Assembly: GCF_009914755.1 (NCBI RefSeq)
Contig: NC_060934.1
Length of the DNA: 64,000 nucleotides
Direction: 5' to 3' (one strand)
Origin: the human T2T-CHM13v2.0 reference genome, Homo sapiens
Shown: one piece after another, positions 62,724 to 64,000 of the stretch
Layout of the letters: each line of letters starts with the position of its first letter
Numbering within the stretch: the first letter of the stretch is position 1
Translations under genes and position numbers: made by a program
Notes under the pieces: generated by a model
Seen by the model: the letters and a program-made list of their open reading frames with translations, nothing else
Told to the model about the DNA's origin: nothing
Database searches by the model: none

Positions 62724-64000
62724 CTACAACACATCAACATTTGGGAGATAATATACTAAAGTAGTTATTAGAAGAGAATTTATAACTTTAAATGCCTATA
62801 TTAAAAATAAGAAATATCTAAAATATTATAGTGTTCCACCCCAATAGTAAGTTAGAAAAAAGTAGAATTCAATGAAATAGCAAATAGACAGACAACAGAG
62901 AAACTTTGAAGCCAACAACTATTTTTAGAATATCAATAAAATTGAAAAACTTTTAGCTAGACTAATCAAGAAATAAGAGAGAACATGAACAACCGATACA
63001 ATAAATGAAAAGGAGGTTATCACCGCATACATTAAAAGGATAATAATAGAATATTAGAAACAAATTTGTGCTAACAATTTAACAACTTAGATTAAATGAA
63101 GAACATCTTGAAAAGCACAATTTACCAAATTGACACAAGAAGAAACAGAAAACATGAATAACTAAATATATACATAAAAAACTAAATTTTATGTCAAAAG
63201 CATTCCCCAAAAGAAAATTCCAAGCCCAAGTCTACCTATGATATTGAATCAAATCAAATACTCCAGAAATCAATTATACAAATATTACCCAAAATTTTCA
63301 AAAACAGAGAAGCAGGAATTACAGCTGAACTCATATTGTGAGGCCAGCATAACCCTGATAACAACATCTGAGAATGGCATTACCAATAAAGAAAATTATC
63401 AATGAATATTTCTCATGTAGATAGATGCAGAATTCTTAAGGAAATATTAGCAAATAAAATGAAAAGATATATTTAAAAAGATAATGGATCATGACCAAAT
63501 CAGATTTATACCAGAAATGCAATGCTAGTTGTATTCAAATATCAATCAACATAATTCACTATATTAAAAAATAAAGCAGAAATAGAGTATGATCATTTCA
63601 ATCTGTGCAGTAAAAAACATTTAAAAATATTTAGCACTATTCATGATAAAAGCTCTGAAGGAACTAGGAATTGTAGCAAACAACTTCAAAATAATAAAGG
63701 GCATCTATGAAAAATCTACCAATTGACATCATCTTTAATGGTGAATATATGAATTATTTTATCCAGAGATCAGGAAAAAAGAAATGATGCCCATTTTCAC
63801 CACTTCTACTCCATATTGTTCTGGCAATCCTAGCCATTGTAAGTAAGGTAAGAAAAAGAGGAAAAGGTATAAAAATTAGGGAGGAAAAAGAAAACTGTCA
63901 CTGTCTGCAGATGATTTGATTTTTCACACAGAAAATCCAAACAAATCTACAAAACAACTACTAGCACCAATAAAAATATTTATCAAGAATGCAGGACACA

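Larger units (their letters stand above)
58115..64000 (+). mobile_element. Old L1 (L1MC/MD/ME-like) fragments: ORF1 about 59470-60350 and ORF2 from about 60770 to the window end, interrupted by Alus and MLT2
   Basis: A-rich sense L1 motifs, e.g. TGAGGCCAGCATAACCCTGATA and TCTGCAGATGAT (ADD motif region). Confidence 0.85.

Overview
Primate (human-like) nuclear DNA: AT-rich, CpG-depleted, no CpG island, and mostly interspersed repeats (Alu, L1, L2, MIR, CR1, MER5, THE1, MLT1/2, ERV1 LTRs). Repeat subfamily names come from recalled consensus sequences and were not searched. I recognise no named protein-coding gene; most ORFs in the track come from repeats or are chance. The clearest large element is a near full-length HERV-L provirus with MLT2A LTRs (38533-45062, minus strand). 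The most interesting non-repeat signal is a candidate minus-strand spliced unit from about 19.6 kb to 8.04 kb. It has an RFX/CRE/CCAAT promoter module, a first exon, a 5-nt microexon, a 467-nt exon, a 62-nt exon and a terminal exon with AATAAA. It could be a decayed (unitary) testis gene, a lncRNA, or a gene for a 64-aa micropeptide whose frame depends on the microexon. The HERV-L 5' LTR lies about 25 kb upstream on the same strand and keeps a DUX4-type motif, TATA box and splice donor, so it could act as an alternative embryonic promoter. The gene model is inferred from sequence alone.
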